A stretch of DNA of 63,148 nt, the filler included, from Pirum gemmata (Eukaryota), in the NCBI GenBank assembly GCA_002812295.1. It is 30 parts of 30 records of this genome, joined end to end, with 100 filler letters (N's around TTAATTAATTAA, not from the genome) between each part and the next. Parts side by side here need not be neighbours in the genome. Positions count along the whole stretch, not along the records: positions 1 to 1,870 come from PDIN01010473.1; positions 1,971 to 3,870 come from PDIN01010474.1; positions 3,971 to 7,038 come from PDIN01010475.1; positions 7,139 to 8,987 come from PDIN01010476.1; positions 9,088 to 10,952 come from PDIN01010477.1; positions 11,053 to 12,905 come from PDIN01010478.1; 24 more parts are not named here. One strand, 5' to 3'. Positions 1 to 11,789 of this stretch are shown one piece after another; position 1 is the first letter of the stretch, and each line of letters opens with the position of its first letter. Below the pieces are notes generated by a model. The model ran no database searches and was not told the DNA's origin. It was given only the letters and a program-made list of their open reading frames with translations. Both the position numbers and the translations under genes were made by a program.

Positions 1-660
1 TTATACATAATATAATAATAACAAATAAATTATAAATTATATATATTATTATATCAATATATTATATTAGTATTATATTATATAGGAATAATGAAAATTT
101 AATAATATTATCTTAAAATTTACAATAAGCAAAATTTAATATTGATAACAATTGAAAATATTAATATTAAAATTAAAATATTATAATTAAAACATTAGTA
201 TTATAATATGTAATACTATATTATTATATAATATTATATATACCTACGTATACCTGAATAATAGCAAAATGATTAAGAATAATAAATATATAAAATAAAC
301 AATATCATTAAAATTTAATTATAATAATATTAATTATAATAATTATATTAATATTGCAAATTTTCTTTTTTAAGTTAGGGTCAGAGTTACGGTTAGGGTT
401 AGCAAAAATAGTTAAATCATAACTACACAATTAATGGAATTCGAAGTATTAATATAATATAATATTAATATTAATTTAAATTTCATATAATTATATAATA
501 TATAATATTAATAATAATTATTAATAAAATATTAATAAAATAAACAATAGCAATAGCAAAGTTAGGGTTAGGGTTAGTGATTCGGGTTTAGGGTTGCATT
601 TGTGTTTGCAGTTATGATTAGCATGGATTGCTGTAAGGGTTAGTAGGAGTGAGGAGTTGT

Positions 661-789
661 TGTATAAACATCGAGTTACTAGTTAATTAGCTGTAGCAGT
701 TCTTCCCTAACTCTCTCTTTTTTTTTTTAAAGAGTGTTATCGAAGAACTGCTACAGCTAATTAAATACTAGTAACTCGATGTTTATGCA
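661..789. repeat. Long near-perfect inverted repeat / hairpin (~45-bp arms)
   Basis: ATAAACATCGAGTTACTAGT-TAATTAGCTGTAGCAGTTCTTC pairs with GAAGAACTGCTACAGCTAATTA-aat-ACTAGTAACTCGATGTTTAT. The loop is also partly self-complementary. Confidence 0.85.
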
Positions 790-1754
790 TTATGTGACTT
801 TTCTTATTTTTTTTAAAAAAAATTAATAAAAAGCTAATCTAGAGCAAACTTAAATTTGTTAACTATTTGTTATTGAATTTTCTTCATTATCATACTATAA
901 CATCACTAGGTATAGCAAGTGTATAGCATCATTATTACCCATTCTATAAACATTTATGTTTTGTTGCCAGAACGCCACTAAACAAAAGCTAAACTAAAGC
1001 AAAAAAAGTAAATCTAGACTATCTAGATGTTTTTACTAATTATTTCATCCATCTGAAAAAAAAATGCCAAAAAAAGGTAATTTTTTTTTTATTACATACA
1101 AATTAGGATTTGTTTTTTTAGCTCGATGTAGTTTTTTTTCATTTTCGAACACAAGTCAACATAAATTGTACGTCATCATAAAAAAAAAACACCCGTCTTT
1201 CATAGTCTACAAAAAGAATTGGGATTTGACCAATGAAAATTAATAATTTAGACATCAATTTTGCTGACAGGGGCGCCTAATTTCATCCAAAATTCGAAAT
1301 TTTCAAATTATGTTTTGTTTAATTCAATTAAAAGTCATTATTAAAAATTTAAATTTTATTGGATATATTTAATTAGCTCAACAAAACCTTTCTATAGATA
1401 TCAGGAACACTATATTGGACTAGCTAGATTGGACTAGCTATATTGGACAAAATACAGAAAACGTTTGTAATAATATTATATTAGACCTATCATAGCTAGA
1501 AAATTCACAAAAAACCAGCACAAAAAACACTCAAAAAACAGTCAAAAAACAGTCAAAAAACTCTATTTCATACGGGCGACATAATCCAGTTCATAATCTC
1601 TACATTGCTAACGCTCTAATATATATATATATGAACTGAGTATAATGATGAATATGATAATCATTGAGACGAATAACAATGGATCGAAACTAAATTACCT
1701 CCTCTAAAAATTAAGTACGACATTCTAGTCTTTGTAATTTTTACCATAGAGCCT

Positions 1755-1870
1755 ACAACCACAACCACAAGTTCACAACCACAACCACAACTACAACTAC
1801 AACCACAACCACAAGTTCACAACCACAGCCACAACCACGACCACAACCACAACCACAACCACAACCACAA
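1755..1870 (+). repeat. (ACAACC)n hexamer microsatellite
   Basis: Tandem ACAACC units running into the contig end. Confidence 0.9.
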
Positions 1871-1970
1871 NNNNNNNNNNNNNNNNNNNNNNNNNNNNNN
1901 NNNNNNNNNNNNNNTTAATTAATTAANNNNNNNNNNNNNNNNNNNNNNNNNNNNNNNNNNNNNNNNNNNN
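1871..1970. other. Artificial contig-joining linker (N44 + TTAATTAATTAA six-frame stop + N44); first of 29
   Basis: The same 100-nt spacer starts at 1871, 3871, 7039, 8988, 10953, 12906, 14870, 16869, 18869, 20835, 22798, 24770, 26719, 28689, 30688, 32661, 34634, 36632, 38611, 40598, 42596, 44541, 48404, 50371, 52344, 54297, 56294, 59196 and 61171. Most intervening pieces are 1.85-1.9 kb. Confidence 0.97.
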
Positions 1971-2979
1971 TTTTTTTTTTTTTTTTTTTTATTTTTTTTC
2001 TTTTTTTTCTTATGATATTTTTTTTTTCAAATTTTTTTTTTGTCTATGATATGAAATATAAATTTATGAAAACATAGTTTTCTATTTTTCTTGAGAGGGT
2101 TACGATTATGATCCTCTCTCTAGCCCTAACAGCCCCAACAGTCCCTAACCTAACCCTAACCCCTTACCCTTAAACAGTCCTAAACACTCCTAAACACTCC
2201 TAAACCCTAAACCCTAAACCCTTACCACTTATCGATATCATGCCACTGATAACTTACAGTCAGTCGCTTGGTATTACTAATATTACTGTTATTATTACTA
2301 CTCTTGTTATTACAATAAATCGCTACTTGGAACTTCAAACACAAAAACATAAGCAAACAAAATTACTATTTCTATTATTACTAATATAATAAATCTCTAT
2401 CACTAACTTGCCCGAATAGTCCCAAATTTCAAACACAAAAACATAAACACAAAAACATAAATACACAAAATTACTACTACTACTACTACTACTACTGTTA
2501 TAATAAATCTTGCTGAACCACCTATTACCCTTTCTATTACATTATAATTATTACAGTTATTATTATTGCTATTATTACTATTACAATTATTATTTCATAG
2601 TTACTTTATACATAGTAAAAAAAACATAAATACACAAAAAACATAAATACACAAATAATACTATACAATACTTTTTATTCTTTTTTATTATTTATTATTA
2701 CTAACTTTACTTGTTATTTACATTTATTTATTATCATTACAAAATAAATAAAAGAAGCAATAAACAAATAAATATTCACTGTACATAAAATGCACTTTTT
2801 TAGACATTTCTACTATCATAATTTTACTTTTTCAGACTAGTTATTTTACTTATTTTTGTTTATGATTATTATTGCAAAATAGTTAAGTTAGAGGGATAAT
2901 CTGGGAGACGCGGAGGGTTAATAATAAAAAAAGTAAAATCCACTACCGGTACATGTTTAATTTGTTTAAACACAGTGTA

Positions 2980-3746
2980 TTAATTACTAACTTTGTAACA
3001 ACAACTATCATAAATACCCCTTTCAGTAGGACAAATAATATCAGTAGGTCGATATTGGTTAACCGAAACACACTTTTCGTAATTCCCTAACGCTTGACGA
3101 CAGCAGGTTAATTTCGTCCCATGTTCGTCGCAACAAATATCATCAGGTCCGTAATCACTACTTATCGCAGCACAATCAGGATTATTTCTACAATACTTTA
3201 AATCCTCCTTCTTAACTTCAAGTTCACAATATTTTTTTGAAATTTGTTCAGAAATAGGAACAGGTTCTGGTGCTTTTGCTTGTACATCGGATATAGGTGC
3301 TGAGCCTTTTTTAACTGCACTGGCTTGAGAGGCTGGTATTTGGGGTGCTAGAGGGGTTTTTTTGTCCAAAATATACCTGTCTTTAGAACATGAAGTAGGA
3401 ATAGCTAATCCCATTCTTTGTGTTAAACTGTACTGGAACTCTTTAATATCACCGGTAACAGTAGCCACACCCGATAATGTTTTCTGTGCCTTTTGTCCAC
3501 AACCAGTTACAACCGTTGCCTCCATTGTGTAAGGGATTTTTCTCACATAAAGCTGTACTTCTGTTTCTAAACTTTGTTCGTGGAAACCTAAAACTTCCCA
3601 AGTAGGTAGACTTACTGTATACGAAACGGTAGCTGTTCTTCCCCATCCTTTGTCTCTCGTTTGAGAAAATGAACCTTCAATTAAGCCACCAAAAGGTATT
3701 TCAGCTCCGAGATCAATATTTATGTTAACCCCGTTTGACCATCCCC
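2980..3746 (-). CDS. 3' exon of an aerolysin/ETX-MTX2-like beta-pore-forming protein with a Cys-rich C-terminal domain (5' part missing)
   Basis: Acceptor ttttaatag|GGGG at 3747. Alternating hairpin GVNINIDLGAEIPFGGLIEGSFSQT, S/T-rich WGRTATVSYTVS, IPYT and G..T.SGV motifs, a P/A/S linker, then a Cys-rich tail and stop at 2980. Confidence 0.6.
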
Positions 3747-3970
3747 CTATTAAAATAAATATCAAATATTATGTGTAAATAATAATATACAATATATGAT
3801 TTTTTAATAATAATATAAAATATAATAACAATAACAATAACAATAACAAAAACAATAACAATAACAAAAANNNNNNNNNNNNNNNNNNNNNNNNNNNNNN
3901 NNNNNNNNNNNNNNTTAATTAATTAANNNNNNNNNNNNNNNNNNNNNNNNNNNNNNNNNNNNNNNNNNNN

Positions 3971-4001
<31 letters not shown>

Positions 4002-4486
4002 TAATGAAATTAAAAAGAAAGATTCCAAAAGATTTGCAGCTTCTATAGCAGTACTTCTACACCAGCTGTTCTACACTACACTATTTCTACACTATTGATC
4101 GGCATTCGGTATTCTACACATCTAAACGCGATATTATTATAATATACATCCGGGGATTAATTTTTATTAATAAACTTGATATATGATAATATCACATAAT
4201 CTAGCTATATAGATACTTTATGCGACAAAAGTTCAATACGAATACTGGCACTTTTGTATATTACACTTTTTTTTAAATCTCCACCACTGTCTCCACAAAA
4301 CTAACATTCGCGTCGTTAATAGTAATAATAGTCCAGTTTTTAAAAAATAATAATCTGTAATAATATTAATAGATTAATTAACAGTATAATAACCAACAAT
4401 ACCCAACAATGACAAACAACAAAAACAATAATAGACTAATAACAACGTTAATTAAAGTTAAATCAATGTAATATTAACAACAGTAA

Positions 4487-4875
4487 GGGAGCGTTCTATT
4501 ACTACGTAACGCCAACTTCTGGTCAAATACAGCTTCAAATACCCCTACTTACCTACCACTCGACGTTAATTTCTGGTCAAATACCACCTACCTACAATAC
4601 CTAAGTAGGGGTGAGATGACGTCATTTTATTATTCCCGAACAGCTGCCGGAACTTTTCCGATTTTATGGTTTTATTACTATTAATGTTAATATTATTACT
4701 TTAATTGGTACCTACTATAATTAAATTTACTATTTTAAGCTATTTGACTGCTATTATTAGTAAGAAACACGGAACTAAGGTTGGCTCGATAAGCACTTGT
4801 TCGAAAAAAGTTCCGTAGATATCTCACCCCTACTAATACCTACCCCTTGGGGTGACGTATTATTTGAACACTCCC
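4487..4875 (+). mobile_element. Tourist/PIF-Harbinger-like MITE (family C), interrupted by a nested family B MITE
   Basis: TIRs GGGAGCGTTC.A.TACTACGTAAC / GTGACGTATTATTTGAACACTCCC with a TAA target duplication on both sides. Other copies at 18985, 19228 and 22099. Confidence 0.8.
4604..4834 (+). mobile_element. MITE family B (AG-terminal TIR, 8-bp TSD), nested in family C
   Basis: Perfect 14-bp TIR AGTAGGGGTGAGAT/ATCTCACCCCTACT. TSD AATACCTA at 4596-4603 and 4835-4842. A near-identical partial copy starts at 50244. Confidence 0.88.
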
Positions 4876-5029
4876 TAACCCGGTAGTCCAACAAATATCA
4901 AAAAACGAACATAATATTATTATACAACGGCAACAAATTAAGGAATTATTATTATTATTATTATTCTATGCGTACCAGTATGATATTAGTCATGATAAGT
5001 ATTATCATAATATTGTATATTTGCCTACA

Positions 5030-5259
5030 GCGCTTTTCATTTATTTTGTCACTCCGAATATTTATTTGGTTGGTTATAATTTTTAAAATTGACATTGTTA
5101 AATGAATAAATGGATAATAAAATATACCAAATTNGTTGATATTTTTAAATGAATAAATAGATAATAAAATATACCAAATTAAGTAAAATGGATTTATATG
5201 GTATTAATTTGGTACTTTTTATATTTATATTTTATAATGACAAAACAACTGAAAAGCAC
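5030..5259 (+). mobile_element. MITE family A copy (internal duplication spans the scaffold join at N5134)
   Basis: GCGCTTTTCATTTATTTTGTCA ... TGACAAAACAACTGAAAAGCAC. A second partial copy follows at ~5270-5430. Confidence 0.75.
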
Positions 5260-5562
5260 GATAAGACTAATTCATTTATTTTCTCACTCTGAATTTGTTT
5301 ATTTGGTGGGTTATAACCTTTAAATTGACAATTTTTAAATGAATAAATAGATAATAAAATATACCAAATAAAATTAAATGGGTTTATATTGTATTAATTT
5401 GGTATTCTTTATTGAATATTTTAACTGAACAGCATAGGCCTATAGATAGTTTGCATGTAGGTCATAATATCCTGATAATAATAAATAAATAAGATTAGAT
5501 ATTGGGGAAAAAATATTGGGGAAAAAATTCTTTTCTTATGTAATATTAATTAAAAGTATATA

Positions 5563-5748
5563 GTGCTTTTCAGATGTTTTGTCATCATAAAAATATACAA
5601 TAAATAATACCAAATTAATATAATATAAATCCATTTCATTTAATTGGGTATATTTTACTATATATATATATATTTATTTAAAAGTATCAAATTAAATATT
5701 ATAAACAACCAAATAAATATTCGTAGTGACAAAATAAATGAAAAGCAC
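5563..5748 (-). mobile_element. MITE family A (~185 bp, TIR GTGCTTTTCA.TT.TTTTGTCA, TA-flanked, Tc1/mariner-like)
   Basis: TATA-GTGCTTTTCAGATGTTTTGTCA ... TGACAAAATAAATGAAAAGCAC-TATA. Homologous to copies at 22592, 49480 and 55424 and fragments at 10205-10470 and 42960-43095. Confidence 0.82.
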
Positions 5749-6911
5749 TATACTTCAAAAAACTTATTCACATCTACATATTATTCAAAATTTTTACACT
5801 GGGTTTACAAGTTTTATCCTAATTAATACCCTCACCTACATCGTTTCTACTAGATATGAAAATATCATTTGTTATTATCAAATAACTAGTACAAGCGGTA
5901 ACCCTAATTCATAACTATAACCCTAACAGTAACTGTAACCGTAACCCTAATCCTAGCTGTAACTGTAACTATAGCGATATTTATATAAGCGTAACAGTAA
6001 CAGTAACCGTAATAATTATGATCCTAACCCTAATCTCCCTATAGTTATAAGTAGTTAACTAAAGACAGCAAGGAAAAGAGGGTGTGGATGCTAATTTACA
6101 AACGTGTGTTCAACAGTTAGATTGGATTAAGTCATGTTAAAATTAAGTAAAATTAAATACCGAATCAGTAATAAGAGTCGGAATTCTAGTGTAGGTTTTA
6201 GGTTTGTATTAATATATTTGATAACGAATAAAAGGTATGAATTAATACTGTACCAATGCACTATAGCATATCAGTTCTATTGTTGACCACTGTATTAATG
6301 TATGGTGAACGTAGCGTTTACTGCAAATGCTGTTTGTGCTCGTGCAGAAAGTGTGTAGAGTCTCTCAACTCAAATCTACGCTACAAATTACGAAAGATTG
6401 TTTTATACCATACCAATGAAGAACAATAATTCTTTGAATATTCTTTGTGCTCTTTGTGGTTTTGTGCTTTGTAACACTTTTGTAACTCTGATTGTAAAAA
6501 AATTAATTTATTACAATATCATGGTCTAGCCTACTACTAGCTAGTACCTAGTTGCTATCAGATGCAAAAATGCTGGTATCATGATACGATACTATTAAAA
6601 ACTGATACTAAGAGACAAAAATGCTAACAAAAATGACTCGAAAATCTCGAAAATGACTCTTTTTAAAAAATGTACAAAATGCATCCAATGATTTTGCACC
6701 AGCAGCACCACTGCCAATTCTTTTAATTTCTTCGAATTTCTTACTCAATGATGATAGTAAAAACAGTGTAAAAACACTGTAAATAAAAGTTATCAATACT
6801 TTTGAAGAGTTTTGAATTTGAATCTGTTTTTTTTTTTTTTAACAGCCAATCCGGATAATGCTAACTAGCCAAATTATTATGATATTATTTTTATTTATTT
6901 ATTTATTTATT

Positions 6912-6962
<51 letters not shown>

Positions 6963-8511
6963 GATACAATTCGTGGTGTTTGGATTTTCAAAACACAGTC
7001 TAAAAAATTATATCTACGGAAACTTCTTTAACCCTATANNNNNNNNNNNNNNNNNNNNNNNNNNNNNNNNNNNNNNNNNNNNTTAATTAATTAANNNNNN
7101 NNNNNNNNNNNNNNNNNNNNNNNNNNNNNNNNNNNNNNCCGCTAACCTTTAGGTTTTGAGACTCTGCTCTAAACCAAGGAGCCACATTTACCCCTTTTAA
7201 TTATCGATATATATAATATATCATATCGGTATTTGATATATTTCAAAGTCTGTGTCAGTGTTAAAAAGAAAAGTTCCAAGAAATAGTCAAGAAATAAGAG
7301 CTAGAATCTATATCATACGAGTACGCCTACGATATCAATATTTTTTTTATATTACATTATGATTATTATGATTATGATAATAATATGATATCAATAATAA
7401 AAAAAAAGATATGAGTCAACAACATTGAACAGAAGGCCACCTGCTGCAACAGAGTTGCAACAGACACCTATCGTGCACGTGAGTTTCATAAAGTAGATAG
7501 TAGACTGGTAGATTCTGATAGACTTTTCCGCCAGGAAATTATTAATTAATTTAAAATTTATTATAGTCTAAAATTCCGACTCTTTAGAAATGGACTATCA
7601 TAATCATAATATATAGAGTTATCATAGACTTCATAGTTTTATATCAAAGTTTCAGGACTGGAAACAGTAATTTTATAAGTAACTTGGACAACAAAACAAA
7701 AAAATAGCAACAGCTACACTTCAACTTCAAACAATGAAAAAACAATTCAGAAAGCGACTATAAAAGCAACAGCAACAACCCTCAACAGTCAATTAAAAAC
7801 AAAATGGAAACAGTAACACCTCAAGGCTGTGATAAGACACCCAAACAGAAAAACTATCAAAAAACCAAATGGCAACAACAGCTACACTTCAAAACAACGA
7901 AAAAGTAACTCAGAAAAATAGAAAGGAAACAGCACAGCCACACCTAGCTAGCTCTAGTAGCCTTCAACCAAACACAAGGAAAACAAACTCAAAATTAATA
8001 AACTCTGACACTTGATCAACAGCCAAATAGGACAGACGATCAAAAAACTTACATAGTAATATCGCAGCCTACAGGTAGTTGGGCGGTAGGGGTGGAAACA
8101 CTGGTAGACACAGTATTAAATATAGGCACCTGGAAGTTCACCTGGCGTAGGTACTAGGTACACACACACTATTTTACTGAACAACAATGAAACAAGCTTA
8201 AGTCAACAAATTTATAAATTATTAATACCAACTACAACCTATATTTATATCGATATGATAACTTGAACGTTATAAAATTACTGTTGTACTTTAATTAATA
8301 TCAATACTACTACTAGACCCCAGTTTAGGTCTAGTCACTGTCTAGTCTACTCCTTTTTGAAATCCAATTGTATCATAGGCGGTAGACCTGAAGCTGATAC
8401 CTGAAATGGGGGTGGGATGTAGACTACTAGTAGCTATAGACTATGATACTATCATAGCCAGTTTTTCAGTCAGTTTTTAGTCTGTGAAATCTATTTTAGT
8501 CTATTTTCCTC

Positions 8512-8693
8512 GGAGTATAATCGAATCAAACAGCTCGATCCTAATTATTAAATAGTGACAATTTTGAAATGATATTTTTTTTTTGGACTATGAAGTTTCT
8601 AATAAGGGAGTCAAAACTTCAAACTAGATCGAAATTTTTTAAAAATTTAAAAGTTTCGAGCTAGGCTCGATTCGATGTTTTTCCCACATCTCC
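8512..8693 (+). mobile_element. MITE family D copy (degenerate left end)
   Basis: Shares AATCGAATCAAACAGCTCGATCC...CTCGATTCGATG...TTTTCCCACATCTCC with 9737, 21370 and 41446. Confidence 0.7.
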
Positions 8694-9264
8694 CTGTTTT
8701 ATTTCAGTTTTTATTTTTTTATTTTGAGAGCATTATAATTATTATCTTAAATTTCTGTGAGGATTTTTCCAAGGACTTCAAAAAAAGGTTCTTTTTTTGA
8801 AAAAAGGTTCTTTTTTTGAAGTCCTTGATTTTTCCCAGGATTTTTCAGAATTTTTTCCTTTCTTTCTTTTTTGTTTTTTTTATGATCGCCTTCCCAGTTA
8901 TATAAATAAGTAGATTATAGTAACTGTTTGATAATAGTGATTTTTCAGTAGATATTAGTTATTATTATTATTATTATTATTATTATTNNNNNNNNNNNNN
9001 NNNNNNNNNNNNNNNNNNNNNNNNNNNNNNNTTAATTAATTAANNNNNNNNNNNNNNNNNNNNNNNNNNNNNNNNNNNNNNNNNNNNACCCTAACCCTAA
9101 CCCTAACCCTAACCCTAACCTTTTAATTAGCTTTACCGTTTCTGGACCGGACTGTTAGTTTCCTGTACCCCATATTAATCGTTTTGGCGATTTATTGCTT
9201 ATCACTTTTACTACAATGGAACATAAGTATATCTGTTCTGAGTATGTATGGTGTAGAGGTTTAA

Positions 9265-9275
9265 ACAACAACAGC

Positions 9276-9321
<46 letters not shown>

Positions 9322-9452
9322 CTACCAACAACAGCAACAGCAACAGCAACAACAACAACAACAACAATAACAACAACAACAGTAACAATAACATTAACAA
9401 CAATGACAATAACAATAACAATAACAACGGCAACAACAACAACAACAACACA

Positions 9453-9508
<56 letters not shown>

Positions 9509-9563
9509 ATACACAACGACAACAACAACAATCATCATCATCATCATCAACAACATACAACAT

Positions 9564-9602
<39 letters not shown>

Positions 9603-9615
9603 GCAACAACAACAA
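9265..9615 (+). repeat. (CAA)n/(CAT)n trinucleotide microsatellites
   Basis: Pure CAA and CAT runs that generate spurious homopolymer ORFs. Confidence 0.9.
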
Positions 9616-9736
9616 AGTAAAATAATAAATTAAAATGCTAGAAGGTCTAATATTATTCTTTTATTATTTACTATGTAATTGTACCACTTTTGATTGAAAA
9701 AAACAAAACAAAAGAAAAAAATTGATAATAATTCAG

Positions 9737-9969
9737 GGAGATAGGGAAAACTTAATCGAATCAAACAGCTCGATCCAAATTATTAAATAGTGACAATTTT
9801 GAAATGATTTTTTTTTTTTCGAGTTTCAAGTTTTTTCTATGAAATTTCTAAGAATTTTTAAGAACTTTTTGAAATGAAATCTAAAGTGAATCAACCCTTG
9901 AATTTAGATCGAAAAATTTCGAAAATTTCGAAAATTTCGAACTAGTCTCGATTCGATGGTTGCATCTCC
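9737..9969 (+). mobile_element. MITE family D (GGAGAT..GGGAAAA TIR, 3-bp TSD)
   Basis: CAG|GGAGATAGGGAAAAC ... GCATCTCC|CAG. Confidence 0.75.
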
Positions 9970-10619
9970 CAGCCATTGTTTTTAGTTTTATTATTATTGC
10001 ATTTTTGTTGTTGAAAATATAAATTCTAAAAAAAAAAACTAATAATAAATTACTAATTAGATATCCTGCCAAATTAATTATTTCAACAAATTCGGTATTA
10101 TTAAATCTTTATTTGGTGACCAAATAATACTAATTTGGTAATTAATAATACGAATTTGATAATCAATTATACTAATTTGGTAATTACTGTGCTAATTTTA
10201 GATGTAGCTTTCAGTTTGTATTATTTGGTAATAAGTCAATTTAACGGTTATAACCCACCAACTAAATATTCAGAGTGACGAAATAATTGAAAAACACGAT
10301 ATTACTTTGCTTTGCCATTTACAATAAAAGAGTACCAAATTAATACAATATAAGTCCATTTTATTTAATTTTGGTATATTTTATTATCTATTTATTTCAT
10401 TTAAAACATGTCAATTTAAATATTTAGCCCACCAAATAAATATTGAGAGTGACAAAATAAATGAAAAGCACAATATTACTTTGCTTTTTTAAGCCCCCTT
10501 CGGCGACCACCAATAATTAATGAATTTTTTTCCTATATATATATTATACATGCATATAAGCATTAGCAAACAACAACACCAACAACAACAATAATAATAA
10601 TAATAATAATAAGGAACAC

Positions 10620-10952
10620 AACCCCAACCCCAACCTCCAACCTCCAATCCTAATCCTAATCCTAATCCTAAACCTTAGGCTCCCAACCCCCAACCCCCAA
10701 CCCTAACCTTAATCCTAATCCTAACCTTTAGGTCCCCAACCCCCAACCAGCCTTAATCTCAATTCTAACCTTAGGTCCCCAACCCCCAAACCACAACCCT
10801 AACCTTAATCCTACTCCTAACCTTAGCTCCCCAAACCCAACCCCAACCCTAATCCTAATCTTAATCCTAACCCCAATTCTAATCCTAATCCTAATCCTAA
10901 CCTTAGGTGCCCAACCCTAACCTTAATCATAATCCTAACCAGGTCCCCAACC
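10620..10952 (+). repeat. Degenerate compound telomere-like satellite (CCCCAA/CCCTAA/CCTAAT with CCTTAGG.CCC higher-order unit)
   Basis: Recurring ~55-70-bp units built from hexamer variants. Confidence 0.75.
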
Positions 10953-11094
10953 NNNNNNNNNNNNNNNNNNNNNNNNNNNNNNNNNNNNNNNNNNNNTTAA
11001 TTAATTAANNNNNNNNNNNNNNNNNNNNNNNNNNNNNNNNNNNNNNNNNNNNTTGTTATTGTTATTGTTATTAAGATTATTATTATTCTTATTA

Positions 11095-11371
11095 TTATTT
11101 TATCATTGTTATTATTTCAGTGTTACAACCAGTACTGTGATGGTGATGGTGATGGTGGTGGTGGTTGCTATTGTTGTCAGCACCAATGTAATGAGTAAAC
11201 ACTCCAGGACTAAAATCTGTTTTACTTTCGCTATTTCCTAATAAATTTTGAAACTTTTCAGTATGAATGTAGCTGATACTAAAGTTCAAAGAATAATATA
11301 AACCTTGATTGTTCCAATACATGCCTCCTTAATTGGTAGGTTGCTTCAATTTTGGAAAGAGAGCCAGAAAT
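11095..11371 (-). CDS. Exon fragment(s) of an unknown protein, weakly GT34/Mnn10-like glycosyltransferase tail
   Basis: Acceptor ctttag| at 11372. ISGSLSKIEATYQLRRHVLEQS joins SISYIHTEKFQNLLGNSESKTDFSPGVFTHYIG only if a 25-nt GT..AG segment (11279-11303) is removed. Confidence 0.3.
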
Positions 11372-11710
11372 CTAAAGAAAATATTGATTTTCATTAACAA
11401 ACTTCACTTTAAAAAGCAAATCAAAAACTTCAACTACATAAACGAGATAACAATGCAACCAAAATGTAACAAAAATGATATAAACCATGAGGCCTAAAAA
11501 TATGAGCCAAACACGGATAACGTCACTATAATAAAAAAAAATGTGTGACAGAACGTGAGGAAAGTTGAAAAATATTTTTTATAATTATATTACTATATTT
11601 GAAATAATATGATAACCTCACGACTACTCTCGTTACTTCCATATATAGTAATATTATTAATAAAAAAGAAATTTCAACACTCCCTCATACATCGGGAAGA
11701 AAAGATTATT

Positions 11711-11789
11711 TAACCCTAACCCTAACCCTAACCCTAACCCTAACCCTAACCCTAACCCTAACCCTAACCCTAACCCTAACCCTAACCCT
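11711..11789 (+). repeat. Interstitial perfect (CCCTAA)n telomeric-type array
   Basis: About 13 perfect units internal to a contig. Similar arrays at 9088, 13006, 16969-17155, 20768-20972, 23187-23548, 25365-26027, 33474-33727, 43895-44312, 52005-52343, 53120-53389 and 56930-57310. Confidence 0.92.

Noticed and set aside
5085..5185. Internal duplication inside a family A MITE
   Set aside because: It straddles a single-N scaffold join (5134) and is most likely two different copies joined through the repeat.
9155..9633. Poly-L/N/V/T ORFs (also 17965, 22842-24230, 31081-31782, 34850-35317, 47298, 52583, 62206-63143)
   Set aside because: These are translations of microsatellites and telomeric repeats (RVRV, LGLG, LTLT) with no complex coding sequence.
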